64,000 nt of DNA, taken from contig CAZRFD010000011.1 of NCBI GenBank assembly GCA_964599085.1, forward strand, positions 18,530-82,529, read 5' to 3'. This DNA is from an uncultured Enterobacterales bacterium (lineage in GTDB: Bacteria; Myxococcota_A; UBA796; UBA2385). Each line of letters opens with the position of its first letter. Positions within the stretch are counted from its first letter, which is position 1. The translations under genes and the position numbers were made by a program. The notes under the pieces were generated by a model, which saw nothing but the letters and a program-made list of their open reading frames with translations, ran no database searches and was not told the origin of the DNA. Shown here one piece after another: positions 35,392 through 45,619 of the stretch.

Positions 35392-36561
35392 TCAGCGGGA
35401 GAGTCCGTCGAGGAAGTCGACCATCTCGGCGCTGTAGTCGTCGTACAGTTCGTGGTCGGCGGCCATGATCTCGATCTCGGCGCCGATCGCGGTCACCGTC
35501 GCCGGGTCGAGGTCGGGCAGGTCCAGGGCGCTGCTGACCGTTCCGCCGCTGACCTGCCAGCGGCCGTTGGCGTCGACGTAGCCCTGCGCACGGATCCAGG
35601 CCGCGATCAGCGCCGAGCTGGCGGTGTCCACGCCGGGTACCCGCGTGAAGCGTTCGTCGTAGAGCGGGGTCGGCGGGTGTTCGAGGACCAGGGCCTGCAG
35701 CCCGCGGCCCTGGAGCTGCTTGGCGTAGGCCCGCGCGTCGTCGGCGCCGGAGGGGAAGGTGGTGTCGGCGCCGGCCATGAACCAGGCGGTCGGGGCCGTG
35801 GTGGTGGCGGCGATGTCCTTGGAGCCCGGCGCGCAGGACGCCAGCACGCCGTCCGCCGGCAGGTACCGCCCGACGGCGTGGGCGAACTGCCCGCCGCTGG
35901 ACATGCCCCAGGCGTAGACGGGCAGGTCGCCGAGCTCGGCCCGCAACAGCGAGACCAGGTCACGCACGGCGTCCATGTCCGTGCTCGACTCCGACGGGTT
36001 CCAGCCGCCCGCACCGCTGCTGGCGGCGGCCGAGGAGTCCAGGGCCACGACCGCGTAGCCGGCGTCGACGAGGCGCATCCCGACCGAGGTCGCTGCGGCG
36101 TCGGTCAGCTCGGCGCGGCTGTAGCGGGCGCCGTGGAAGAAGATCACGATGCCCCGCGGATGGCGCGGGCTCACCTGGCTCCAGCTTCGCGTGCCGCCCG
36201 CGAGCGTGCCCGTGCGGGTCTCGATGTCGAAGGGCACGGTGCGCAGGGTCGGCGACAGCGTGATGTCCCGGGCTGGCATCGTCAGCCCGCTGTTCCAGTC
36301 GACGGGCTGGTCGAGGAGCGAGGCGTCGCCGGTCCAGCCGGTCACCACGGCGGCGTGGGGATCCACGTCGGCCCAGACCTGTACCGGAGCGCCCTCTGCA
36401 TAGGTGCCGCCGCCGAAGCCGCCCTCCACCGTCAGGGTCCAGGTGCCGGCGGTGTCGCTGCCCCCGTCGGTCGTCGCCGCGCCGTCGGTGGTCGGGTCAC
36501 CGCCGCCTGGGGCGGCGCCGTGTGTGCAGGCCACCAGTGACAGCAGTAGGAGCACCGACAC
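35392..36561 (-). CDS. alpha/beta-hydrolase lipoprotein (esterase/depolymerase-like)
   Basis: GTG start. Signal MSVLLLLSLVACTHG. Nucleophile elbow AWGMSSGG. IVIFFHG upstream. Confidence 0.65.
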   Translation of the reverse strand: MSVLLLLSLVACTHGAAPGGGDPTTDGAATTDGGSDTAGTWTLTVEGGFGGGTYAEGAPVQVWADVDPHAAVVTGWTGDASLLDQPVDWNSGLTMPARDITLSPTLRTVPFDIETRTGTLAGGTRSWSQVSPRHPRGIVIFFHGARYSRAELTDAAATSVGMRLVDAGYAVVALDSSAAASSGAGGWNPSESSTDMDAVRDLVSLLRAELGDLPVYAWGMSSGGQFAHAVGRYLPADGVLASCAPGSKDIAATTTAPTAWFMAGADTTFPSGADDARAYAKQLQGRGLQALVLEHPPTPLYDERFTRVPGVDTASSALIAAWIRAQGYVDANGRWQVSGGTVSSALDLPDLDPATVTAIGAEIEIMAADHELYDDYSAEMVDFLDGLSR

Positions 36562-36573
36562 GGACGCTCCCTG

Positions 36574-37485
36574 TCAGTACCGGGTGATGAACGGCCGCAT
36601 CCAGTCGATCTCGCCGCGGACACCGGCGGCGTAGACTTCTTGGACCCGGCGCGTGATCTGCCCCGGCGGCCCCACCTCGCGGCGGTCGACCTCCCGGATC
36701 GGGGTGATCTCGGCGGCCGTTCCCGTCATGAAGATTTCGTCGGCGACGTAGAGCGCGTCCCGGCCGAAGGGCATCTCGCGGACCTCGAGCCCCTCCTGCT
36801 TGAGGATCTCGATGGCCGTGCGCCGGGTGATGCCGGCGAGGATGTTGACGACCGGCGGGGTCTTGATGACGCCGTCGCGGATGACGAAGAGGTTTTCGCC
36901 CGTACCCTCGGCCACCCAGCCCATCTGGTCGAGCATGATCGCTTCGTCGAAGCCGTTGTCGTTGGCTTCGTAGCGGGCGAGGATCGAGTTGACGTAGTGG
37001 CCGATGACCTTGGCGCGCTGCAGGTTGGCGTTGACGTGGTGGCGGGTAAACGTGCTGGTCGCCACGCGGATGCCGTTGCGCAGGCCCTCGTCGCCCAGGT
37101 AGGCGCCCCACTCCCAGGTCGCCACGGCCACGTGGACCGGGTTGGTCCGGGCGCCCAGCCCCATGGCCCCCATGCCCAGGAAGACGATGGGGCGGATGTA
37201 GGCTTCGTCGAAGCCGTTGTGGCTCAGCGTCTGCAGGCAGGCGGCGCGGATCTCCTCGAAGCTGTAGGGCAGCTCCATCCGGCACATCTTGGCGCTGTCC
37301 ACCAGTCGCCGAACGTGCTCGTCCAGCTTGAAGACCCCGCCGCCGCCACCGGGCTGACGGTAGCTGCGGATCCCCTCGAACACACCGAGCCCGTAGTGCA
37401 AGGTGTGGGACAGCAGGTGCACCTTCGCGTCGGCGAAGGGGACGAATTCGCCGTCCATCCAGATGGACTTGCTCTCGATTCCCAT
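36574..37485 (-). CDS. ilvE: branched-chain amino acid aminotransferase
   Basis: The ATG at 37485 is preceded by GGAGG. 303 aa. GLGVFEGIRSY, EGTGENLFVI, ILAGITR fold-type IV motifs. Confidence 0.9.
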   Translation of the reverse strand: MGIESKSIWMDGEFVPFADAKVHLLSHTLHYGLGVFEGIRSYRQPGGGGGVFKLDEHVRRLVDSAKMCRMELPYSFEEIRAACLQTLSHNGFDEAYIRPIVFLGMGAMGLGARTNPVHVAVATWEWGAYLGDEGLRNGIRVATSTFTRHHVNANLQRAKVIGHYVNSILARYEANDNGFDEAIMLDQMGWVAEGTGENLFVIRDGVIKTPPVVNILAGITRRTAIEILKQEGLEVREMPFGRDALYVADEIFMTGTAAEITPIREVDRREVGPPGQITRRVQEVYAAGVRGEIDWMRPFITRY

Positions 37486-37608
37486 GGGTGACCTCCGACC
37501 CGACCCTCGTAATCCGCTGCGGGTCGGGCCGCGCCGGGCGAGACCGCGCAGCGTCGGGCCGACCGGCGGGGCGGGGCCGGGCCGGGCACGGGCGCCGGCC
37601 CCCTGCAC

Positions 37609-39075
37609 CTACTCGGCGTCGACGGGTGCACCCTCGGCATCGAGCATCTGCACCGGGTAGCCCAGCGCTTGCAGCGGCTCCTGCACCGTGGCGGCGTCGC
37701 CGACCACGAGGATGGAGAGGTGGGCCGGGTCGACGTGGGCGGCCCAGGCCGCCCGGGCCTGGTCGAGGGTGACGGCCCGCATGCGATCCGGAGAGCCGGT
37801 GATCCAGTCGTCGGGCAGGCCGTAGCGCCACATGGACACGGTCTCCCCGAGCAGGGTGCCGGGGTTCTCGAAGCGCAGCGGCCAGGTGCCGAGCAGGTAG
37901 CCGCGGCCGTTGTCCAGCTCTTCCTGGGTGACGGGCCGGTCGCCCAGGGACTCCGTCAGCTCGCGCATGATCTCCGAGACGGCGTCGGCGGTCGTGGGCG
38001 TGAACACGCTGGTGCCCACCTGCCAGCGGCCGGGCAGGTAGTTGTCGATGGTCCACGAGCGGGCGCCGTAGGTCCAGCTCTTGTCTTCGCGCAGGTTCAT
38101 GTTGATGCGCGCGGTGAACTGCCCTCCGACGGCCATATTGCCGAGGGTGAAGGCGTCGTGGTCGCTGTCGAGCTGGCTGCCGACGAAGCCACCGACCCGC
38201 AGCACCGACTGGGCCGCGCCGGGCTTGTCCACCAGGAAGATGGTGGTGTCGGGCTGGGCCGGCAGGGCATCGGCGGCGGGCTGTGCTGGCAGGGGCGTGC
38301 CCTCGGCGTCCCACGAACCGAAGCGCTCTTCGAGCAGGGGCTGGATCTCGGCCAGCGTCGTGTCTCCGCCGACCAGGATCATGGCGTTGGCGGGCACGAC
38401 GAAGGCGTCGTACCAGGCGCGCATCTGGGCGGTGTCGATGGCGTTGTAGGACGCTTCGCTGTCCAGGTGGCCGGCGTAGCTGTCGCCGTAGCCCAGGCGG
38501 GCCCACACCCGGTTGGCGATGTTGTTGGGGTCCTGGCGAGCGGCCTGCAGCGCCTGCAGGCGCTTCTTGCGCATCAGCTCCCAGTCGGCATCGGGGAAGT
38601 CCGGCTGCAGGGCGACCTTGGCGAGCAGGTCGAGGGTGCCGGGCAGCTTGTCGGACAGGCCCGACGCGCCGACCGTGGCGCCGTCGAGGGAGGCGCCGGC
38701 CGACACCGACGAGCCCATGCGCCGTGCGGCGCTGCTGATCTCGGCGGCCGACATGCCGGCGGCACCCTCGTTGAGCATGTCCATGGTGACGCTGGCCAGA
38801 CCGGCCCGGTCGGCGGGATCGGTCCAGCCCCCGGGGCGCAGCGCCACCTGGACGTAGAACAGCGGGACCTCGTGGTTCTCGACCACGACGACGGGGATCC
38901 CGTTGCTCAGCTCGCCGCGGACGGGGTCGGGGAGCTGGAAGTCGCGGGGAGCCAGCGGATCCGGCATCGTCGCGTGGTAGTCGACGGCGGCGGCGGCCTG
39001 GGGCGGGGTCTTCTCGCCACAGCCGGCCAGGATTGCGGCGTTCAGCGACAGCGCGATGGTGGTGCTGCGGGTCAC
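37609..39075 (-). CDS. M16 (pitrilysin) family peptidase-like lipoprotein, non-catalytic subunit
   Basis: GTG start in a GTGA overlap with the upstream gene. Signal ...LNAAILAGC. M16 fold pattern but no HxxEH. Confidence 0.75.
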   Translation of the reverse strand: MTRSTTIALSLNAAILAGCGEKTPPQAAAAVDYHATMPDPLAPRDFQLPDPVRGELSNGIPVVVVENHEVPLFYVQVALRPGGWTDPADRAGLASVTMDMLNEGAAGMSAAEISSAARRMGSSVSAGASLDGATVGASGLSDKLPGTLDLLAKVALQPDFPDADWELMRKKRLQALQAARQDPNNIANRVWARLGYGDSYAGHLDSEASYNAIDTAQMRAWYDAFVVPANAMILVGGDTTLAEIQPLLEERFGSWDAEGTPLPAQPAADALPAQPDTTIFLVDKPGAAQSVLRVGGFVGSQLDSDHDAFTLGNMAVGGQFTARINMNLREDKSWTYGARSWTIDNYLPGRWQVGTSVFTPTTADAVSEIMRELTESLGDRPVTQEELDNGRGYLLGTWPLRFENPGTLLGETVSMWRYGLPDDWITGSPDRMRAVTLDQARAAWAAHVDPAHLSILVVGDAATVQEPLQALGYPVQMLDAEGAPVDAE

Positions 39076-40427
39076 TGCTCACCTCCCTCGGGGCGGACGT
39101 GCAGGACGAGGCGACCCTCGCCGAGCCAGGTGGAGACAGCGCCCTGGACCGCGTCGGCGTCGACGTCGAGGTAGCGCTGCAGGTCTTGCCCGATGTAGCC
39201 CGGGTCACCGGTCACGGTGTTGTAGGAGTTCAGCATGTCGGCCTTGCGGGCGATGGTCTGCAGACCCTGGAAGAAGCGGACCTGCCAGTTGACCTTGGCG
39301 ACCTCGACCTCCTGGCGGCTGGGTCCCTCGTCGCGCAGGTCGGCAAGAACGGCGTCGATGGAGTCCACCAGCTCGTCGGTGGTGTGCCCCTCGGCGGCGG
39401 TCGCCTCGATCATGTAGACGCTCTGGATGCGGCTGCTGACCTGGTAGGCCGACACGTCCTTGGCGATCTGTTCGTCGTGGACGAGGCGACTGTACAGGCG
39501 GCTCTCCTTGCCGTCGCTGAGCACACTGCTGAGCACGTCGAGGGCGGCGTCGCCGTCTTCGTAGAGGGCCGGGGTGATCCAGGCCAGCCACACCTTGGCA
39601 TGGGGCACGTCGTCGGTCTTCTCGACGACCTTCTCCGTCGACAACCAGCCCGCCGGCAGGTCGACGTGCCGCACGGGTTCCGGCTGGGCGCCCGCGGGGA
39701 TGTCGCCGAAGTAGCGGTCGACCAGCATCCGGGCTTCATCGGGGTCGAAGTCGCCGCTGATCACCAGGCTGGCGTTGTTGGGCAGGTACCAGGTGCGGAA
39801 GAAGGCCGAGACGTCGTCCACCGTGGCGGCTTCCAGGTCTTCGTGCCGGCCGATGGTGGGCACATGGTAGGGGTGGTCTTCGGGGAAGATGTTCTCGTAG
39901 AGCCACACCCAGACTTCGCCGTAGGGGCGGTTCTCGTAGCGCTGGCGACGCTCGTTGCGGACGACTTCGCGCTGCTCGTCGAGCTTGCCCTGGTCGAAGG
40001 CGTCCAGCAGCCAGCCCATGCGGTCCGACTCCAGCCACAGGGCCAGGGGCAGGTACTCGCTGGGCACGCCCTCGAAGAAGTTGGTCCGGTCGAAGTTGGT
40101 CGTGCCGTTGACCTGCGCGCCGATGGGCTGCAGGGGCACGAAGTAGTCGTCGTCCATGTGCGCCGAGCCCTGGAACATCAGGTGCTCGAAGAGGTGCGCG
40201 AAGCCGGTGCGCCCGGGGACCTCGTCCTTGCTGCCCACGTCGTACCAGATGTTGACCTGCACGAAGGGCACGCTGTGGTCTTCGGCCAGGATGACGTCGA
40301 GGCCGTTGTCGAGCTCGTACTTGTCGAAGGGGATGTCGACGGTCGGCTGGTCGGGCAGGGGAGCCGGGTCGGCGGCCCGGGCCGCGGGCAGCAGCAGGGC
40401 CAGCCCGAGGCTGACGGTGGCGATCAT
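39072..40427 (-). CDS. M16 family zinc peptidase, catalytic subunit
   Basis: The ATG at 40427 is preceded by GGAG. Signal MIATVSLGLALLLPAARA. The inverted zinc motif HLFEHLMFQG (HxxEH). Confidence 0.85.
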   Translation of the reverse strand: MIATVSLGLALLLPAARAADPAPLPDQPTVDIPFDKYELDNGLDVILAEDHSVPFVQVNIWYDVGSKDEVPGRTGFAHLFEHLMFQGSAHMDDDYFVPLQPIGAQVNGTTNFDRTNFFEGVPSEYLPLALWLESDRMGWLLDAFDQGKLDEQREVVRNERRQRYENRPYGEVWVWLYENIFPEDHPYHVPTIGRHEDLEAATVDDVSAFFRTWYLPNNASLVISGDFDPDEARMLVDRYFGDIPAGAQPEPVRHVDLPAGWLSTEKVVEKTDDVPHAKVWLAWITPALYEDGDAALDVLSSVLSDGKESRLYSRLVHDEQIAKDVSAYQVSSRIQSVYMIEATAAEGHTTDELVDSIDAVLADLRDEGPSRQEVEVAKVNWQVRFFQGLQTIARKADMLNSYNTVTGDPGYIGQDLQRYLDVDADAVQGAVSTWLGEGRLVLHVRPEGGEQ

Positions 40428-40681
40428 GGACGCTCCGGGGGAGGAGAGGCGGTGAGCCGTGGCCACCGGGACCGGTGGCACGCCGGCAGCATGGTGCGCC
40501 CGGGGAAGGGAGCGTTCACGGCCGACGCCAGCAGAGCGCTATCGGATGGCGGAAGGGGCTGCACCTCTCGCGACCGCGCGATGCTGTGCTGCGGCGTCGA
40601 TGAGCTGCCAGCTCAGGAGGTCGTTGTGCGAGGATTGAGTGCTGTGGTTGCGTGAGACGTGTGCGCCTGCAACATTTCCGG

Positions 40682-40711
40682 TTGACGCAGCGCAATAGTC
40701 GCCGCTATGCT
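40682..40711 (+). promoter_or_regulatory. sigma70-like promoter candidate for the SSS transporter gene
   Basis: TTGACG (40682-40687), an 18-nt spacer, then TATGCT (40706-40711), 36 nt upstream of the ATG. Confidence 0.3.
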
Positions 40712-40746
40712 GTGCGTCTCTCGGACCCCCCGGAAACGGCACGGCC

Positions 40747-42222
40747 ATGACGCGCACCCTCGTCGAACTCGTCAGCACGCACCCCTGGCACTACGCCTTC
40801 TTCATGCTGTACCTGGCGGTGACCGCCGCCCTGGCCTGGCAGGGGGGGCGGGCCAGCAAGGGGGCGGCCGGCTTCGCGGTCGGTGGCGGGCGGATGAGCC
40901 CCTGGCTGGCCGGCCTGACGCTGGGGGCCTGCCTCGCCTCCAGCTCGGTCTTCGTCATCATGCCGGGCTTCGTCTATGCCGACGGTCTCGCCGCGCTGGT
41001 GGGCTTCACGCTCCCGCTCATCGCCGGCATCGCGCTGGGGCTGCTGGTGCTCGCGCCGCCCTTCCAGCGCATGGGCAAGCAGGTCGCGGCCCTGACCATC
41101 CCCCAGTGGCTCGGGCAGCGTTATGGCAGTGTTGCGCTGCAGCGTAGCTTCGCAGGCCTCGTCCTGCTCAACCTCGCCTACCTCGTGCTGATCACCGTCG
41201 GCTGCGGCTACGTCATGCAACAGGCGCTGGGTGTCCCCTACGCCGTCGCCGTGGTCGGCACGGTGGCCTTCGTCTTCGGCTACACAGCGCTCGGTGGCGC
41301 GTGGGCGCACGCGCTCACCAACTCCATGCAGGCGGTCGTCATGCTGGCGGTCGCGGTGCTGGTGTTCTCGGCCGGGGCGGGCCACTGGGTGGACGGCGCG
41401 GTGCTGCGGACGCTGGTGGACACCGGCTGGACAGCGCCGGACAGCGTGCTGTTCTCGACGCCGCTGCAGGTCTGGCTGGTCCCCTTCGTCATGGGGCTGG
41501 CGCTCTCCACCCAGCCGCACCTGCTCACAAAGGCCCTCTACGTCGAGGGACGCCGCGCGCTGCTGCTCACCGTGGGCATCGGCGTGGTCTGCTTCGCCGT
41601 GTTCAGCCTGGTGCTCTTCGCGGGGGTCTACGCCCGGCTCGACCTCGCCGTGCCGGTCCCGCAGGACCAGGCGATGGCCGCCTGGCTTGCCGCCGCCTTC
41701 CCCTGGGAACCGCTCGGGGCGCTGGTCAGCGTGGCCATCCTGGCCGCCAGCATGTCGACCCTGGATGGCCTGCTGGTTGCGATCTCGGCGACGCTCGCCC
41801 AGGACCTGCTCACGGCGGGGCAGGTCGGCTCGGACCGACGCGCGGTCTGGCTGTCGCGGGCGGTGCTCGGGGCGCTGGCGGTGGCCACCGCGGTCTTCGC
41901 GCTCAGCCCGCCGGATCTCGTGCTGATCCTCGGCCAGCTCGGGGTCTACGGGCTCGTGGTGGCCAGCGCCGGTCCGCTGCTCGCGGGGCTGTTTTCTCGG
42001 GGCAGGCTGTCGCCGGGTGCTGCCCTGGCCAGCGCGGGCGTGGCACTCATCGTCCACCTCGGACTGGCGCTGACCGTGGTCGACAACCCTGGCGTGAGCG
42101 CCTCCATCGCCCTGGCCTGCGGCGTCCCCCTGGCCCTGCTGCCCTGGCCGCGGGGGGCGGCCGTCGGTGCGTCGGCGCTGGGGCGGGCTGACGTGGCCGA
42201 CGCAGAGCTCGCGGGCAAGTAG
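40747..42222 (+). CDS. sodium:solute symporter (SSS) family transporter
   Basis: 491 aa, about 13 TM helices. N-terminal FFMLYLAVTAALAWQG...GFAVGGGRMSPWLAGLTLGA pattern of the SSF family. Confidence 0.75.
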   Translation: MTRTLVELVSTHPWHYAFFMLYLAVTAALAWQGGRASKGAAGFAVGGGRMSPWLAGLTLGACLASSSVFVIMPGFVYADGLAALVGFTLPLIAGIALGLLVLAPPFQRMGKQVAALTIPQWLGQRYGSVALQRSFAGLVLLNLAYLVLITVGCGYVMQQALGVPYAVAVVGTVAFVFGYTALGGAWAHALTNSMQAVVMLAVAVLVFSAGAGHWVDGAVLRTLVDTGWTAPDSVLFSTPLQVWLVPFVMGLALSTQPHLLTKALYVEGRRALLLTVGIGVVCFAVFSLVLFAGVYARLDLAVPVPQDQAMAAWLAAAFPWEPLGALVSVAILAASMSTLDGLLVAISATLAQDLLTAGQVGSDRRAVWLSRAVLGALAVATAVFALSPPDLVLILGQLGVYGLVVASAGPLLAGLFSRGRLSPGAALASAGVALIVHLGLALTVVDNPGVSASIALACGVPLALLPWPRGAAVGASALGRADVADAELAGK

Positions 42223-42425
42223 GCGCGCCTATCGGCCGATATGCGGACGCCTGCCGCGGCCTATGAAAAACCGGCGTGACGAGGTCGAGGGCCCGCTGGA
42301 CATTGGGGGATCCGCCGGTACCCTGGCGCATCTCGCCACTACGCGCGGCGCGCGATGCGCCCTCCCCGACCGGTCCTCGTCGGGATCGTGGCGGACGACG
42401 CGCTCCACCCCAACCGGGGAAGATC

Positions 42426-44114
42426 ATGCACCGCACCCTCGCCCTCCTCGCCCCTGTTGCGCTCGGCCTCGTCGTCCTCGGCAGCGCCTGCAAGAAGGAA
42501 CCGACCGAAGCCGACACCGTCGACGCGCTGCAGCCCTCGCTGACCGTCACCTCGCCCGCACCGGCGTCGTGGCTGCCGGCGGGCACCACGCCGGTGGCTG
42601 GTACCTCCGAAGACTGCCGCGCGGTGCGCGTCGAGGGGGTCGACGCCACGTTGGACGACAGCGGCGCCTTCTCGGGCCAGGTCGACCTGGTGCGGGGCGT
42701 CAACGTCGTCGAGGTGCGGGCCCTGACCATGGACGGTGACACCCTCTACGCCCGCAACGGCGTCCTCGCCGGCGACTTCGACAGCCCCAGCGGTGCCGTC
42801 GCCGACGCCGCCATCATGCGGCTCAACCAGGGTGGCATCGACAAGCTGCTGTCGATGGTGGGCGACATGATCGAGCCCTCGCTGATCAACGACTCGCTGT
42901 CCGGGCTCAACCCCATCTACAAAGACAGCTACGGCATCCTCGGCTGGGACGCGGTCGAGATCGCCGCCGACCTCGACTCCATCAGCTTCGGTCCCATCCA
43001 GCTCTCGGCGACCCCGGGCAACGGCCGGGTGGTGCTCGCCGGCAGCCTGCCGGACCTCTTCGTGGACGCCCAGGCCACCGGCCAGGTCGTCGGCATCGAC
43101 TTCGACAGCGACGTCACGATGTGGGCGGACTCCGCCGACTTCTCGGGGACGCTGACGCTCGGCGCGGACAACGGCAAGCTGACGGCCGACGTCAGCGACC
43201 TGAGCATCAACCTGGTCAACTTCGGCTACGACACGTCGCTGCTGCCGGGCGACATCGAAGCGTACATCCTGGTCGACACCCTGCAGGCGACCATCGAAGA
43301 ACAGGTGCTTGCCATGATCGACGAGATGGTGCCGGCCTATCTTGGCGATGCCCTCTCGGGACTGGACCTGACCTTCTCGACCGAGCTGCTGTCGACGGCG
43401 CTCACGGCAGGTGCCGAGTTTTCGTGGGTCGACACCGACGGGTCGGGCATCGAGATCGGCCTCGACCTCGACGTCGAGATGCCCGACATCGGCATGTCGG
43501 GGCAGGGCGTGCTCTCGGCCGGCGACGCTTCGCCCTATGTCGACCACGACGCCGACCTGGCGGCCGACATCTCCGACAACCTGATGAACCGCATGCTGTA
43601 TGAAGCCTGGTCGGCGGGCCTCCTCGAGCTGATCATGTCGACGGACGACGGCAGCCTCGACCCCTTCCTGCTCACGCCGCTGCATGCCACCCAGGGGACC
43701 ATCGCCGTCAGCGCGAAGCTCCCCCCGGTCCTTGTCCAGGGCGCCGACGGGCTGGAAGCCCAGGCCGCCGAGCTGATCGTCGACATCGACACCCCCGACG
43801 GCGAGTTCGGCACGCACCTGCAGATCGCCGCGGCCATGGCGGCCGGGGTGGACCTGTCCTACGCCGACGGCGAGGTGGCGCTGGATCTGGGCGAGGTCGC
43901 GCTGACCCTGATGGTGCGCGAGAGCGACTGGGGCGCCAGCAACGAAGCGGTCACCCAGCTTGTCGAAGAGATGCTGCCCATCGACGTGATGCTGGCGCTG
44001 CTCGGCAACCTCTCCTTCCCGATCCCGAGCATCGACGGGCTCGAGCTGCAGTCCGTGGACATCGGCCGCGCCTCGACGGGTGTGCACACGGCGATCACCG
44101 CCAACCTGCGCTGA
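42426..44114 (+). CDS. large acidic lipoprotein of unknown function (N-terminal Ig-like domain)
   Basis: The ATG at 42426 gives MHRTLALLAPVALGLVVLGSAC. About 560 aa, Asp/Leu/Ser/Gly-rich, no catalytic motif. It lies 10 nt upstream of the FadL-like gene. Confidence 0.6.
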   Translation: MHRTLALLAPVALGLVVLGSACKKEPTEADTVDALQPSLTVTSPAPASWLPAGTTPVAGTSEDCRAVRVEGVDATLDDSGAFSGQVDLVRGVNVVEVRALTMDGDTLYARNGVLAGDFDSPSGAVADAAIMRLNQGGIDKLLSMVGDMIEPSLINDSLSGLNPIYKDSYGILGWDAVEIAADLDSISFGPIQLSATPGNGRVVLAGSLPDLFVDAQATGQVVGIDFDSDVTMWADSADFSGTLTLGADNGKLTADVSDLSINLVNFGYDTSLLPGDIEAYILVDTLQATIEEQVLAMIDEMVPAYLGDALSGLDLTFSTELLSTALTAGAEFSWVDTDGSGIEIGLDLDVEMPDIGMSGQGVLSAGDASPYVDHDADLAADISDNLMNRMLYEAWSAGLLELIMSTDDGSLDPFLLTPLHATQGTIAVSAKLPPVLVQGADGLEAQAAELIVDIDTPDGEFGTHLQIAAAMAAGVDLSYADGEVALDLGEVALTLMVRESDWGASNEAVTQLVEEMLPIDVMLALLGNLSFPIPSIDGLELQSVDIGRASTGVHTAITANLR

Positions 44115-44124
44115 GGGGGGCGAC

Positions 44125-45546
44125 ATGTCCGGATTCCGGGCGCCCGCTCGCGGCGCCGCTGTCGTGTTGATGCTGTCGTGGGCAGGGGACGCCGCCGCCG
44201 CCAGCCTGGACTCGCTGGAGGTCGGGGGCCCGTGGGGCACGCCGGCGGCCACCGACGGCACGGCGCTGTGGTGGAACCCGGCGGGCCTGGCAGGAGGGGA
44301 GGGGACGCGCATCACGCTGGAGGGGGCGCCGACCTTCGCCACCGTCGACATCGAGCGCGACGATCCCCACGGCGGCACCGACCGCATCAAGCTGTCCGGG
44401 CTGGTTCCCTACGCGGGCATCGCCACCGACCTTGGCGTCGAGGGGCTCGGCCTGGGGATCGGCCTCGGCTTGCCATTCGTCCGTGGGGGCCACCAGGATC
44501 CCGAAGCCGGGCCCGTCCGCTACCACCTCCGCGACGGCGAGGTGAAGGCCGTCGCCCTGATGGCCGGTGGTGGCTACGAGCTGGGGGACATGGTGGCGCT
44601 GGGTGCGGCGGTCCACGTGATGCAGTCGTCGTGGGCGGCGGTCGTCGACAACGAGCTGATGCCGGATCTGGCCGACGAGATCGCCGCCACCGGGCAGGAC
44701 CCCGGCTACACCGACGCCGACCTCGAAGACCCCGACTACGCCGCGACGCTTGACTTCGACAACCTCACGGACATGGCCGTGACCTGGGCGGCCGGCGTCC
44801 GCGCGAAGCCCATCGAAGAAGTGGTCCTGTCGGTGACCCACGTCGCCGGCTTCCACGTCGACAACCAGGGCCCGCTGACGATGGACTTCTCCTGTCCGCC
44901 GCAGACCGACACCCTGGGGCGCTTCGGGGCCGAAGCCAAGGGGCTCTGCGACACGACCATGACGGGCGTGGCGACGGTCAGCTACGACCTGCCGGGGCGG
45001 TGGAACTTTTCGATCCAGGGGCAGCCGACGCCGGGCCTGTTCATCGAGGGCATGGGGGGGATCGTCTACTGGCACGTGCTGCGCGACTACGACATCGTCA
45101 TCGACCGCATCGCCGAAGAGAACCCCGACGTGCCCGACGACACCGTGGCCCTGGTCGAGCGCACCCAGGCCTGGGCCCGGGACAACGAGGACAGCTTCTG
45201 GCTGGGCCTGGACGTCAAGGGCACCGTGCAGGACCGCTACACGATGGGCGGGCGGCTGCTCTACGACAAGGCCGCCGTCCCCGATCAGGCCCTGCTCGCC
45301 AACAACTTCGACACCGACACGGTGACCTTGGGGGGGCTGTTTGCGGCACGCATCGTCGACCAGCTCCAGGTCGGCGTGTCCTGGTCCCACTACTTTCTCC
45401 GCCCGCGGCGGGTCACCGACAGCGCCTTCTCGATGAGCGTCGACCCATCGCTCCGCCCCGAGGACCGCTACAACTACCCCCACGGCAACGGAACCTATGG
45501 GGGAACCATCGATCGCCTCGGGGTGGCGGTGCAGGTGGCGCTGTAG
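44125..45546 (+). CDS. outer-membrane beta-barrel protein, FadL/Toluene_X-like
   Basis: The ATG at 44125 gives a signal ...VVLMLSWAGDAAAAS. TALWWNPAGLAG is the FadL-type N-terminal motif. Alternating beta-strand pattern to the C-terminus. Confidence 0.55.
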   Translation: MSGFRAPARGAAVVLMLSWAGDAAAASLDSLEVGGPWGTPAATDGTALWWNPAGLAGGEGTRITLEGAPTFATVDIERDDPHGGTDRIKLSGLVPYAGIATDLGVEGLGLGIGLGLPFVRGGHQDPEAGPVRYHLRDGEVKAVALMAGGGYELGDMVALGAAVHVMQSSWAAVVDNELMPDLADEIAATGQDPGYTDADLEDPDYAATLDFDNLTDMAVTWAAGVRAKPIEEVVLSVTHVAGFHVDNQGPLTMDFSCPPQTDTLGRFGAEAKGLCDTTMTGVATVSYDLPGRWNFSIQGQPTPGLFIEGMGGIVYWHVLRDYDIVIDRIAEENPDVPDDTVALVERTQAWARDNEDSFWLGLDVKGTVQDRYTMGGRLLYDKAAVPDQALLANNFDTDTVTLGGLFAARIVDQLQVGVSWSHYFLRPRRVTDSAFSMSVDPSLRPEDRYNYPHGNGTYGGTIDRLGVAVQVAL

Positions 45547-45619
45547 GAGGGCAGGCTTTTCGGATCCCCTGCGGCAGATCTGCACCACCAGCGGCGTCCC
45601 GGTCGATTACAGCGGCAGC

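Noticed and set aside
36497-39208. 903-aa minus-strand ORF
   Set aside because: It is an off-frame Arg/Pro/Gly-rich reading of the same strand as ilvE and the M16 genes, whose frames carry clear motifs.
40661-40676. CCTGCAACATTTCC, partially matching the right TIR of the MITE-like element
   Set aside because: Only about 9 nt match and there is no inverted partner nearby. It is most likely coincidence.
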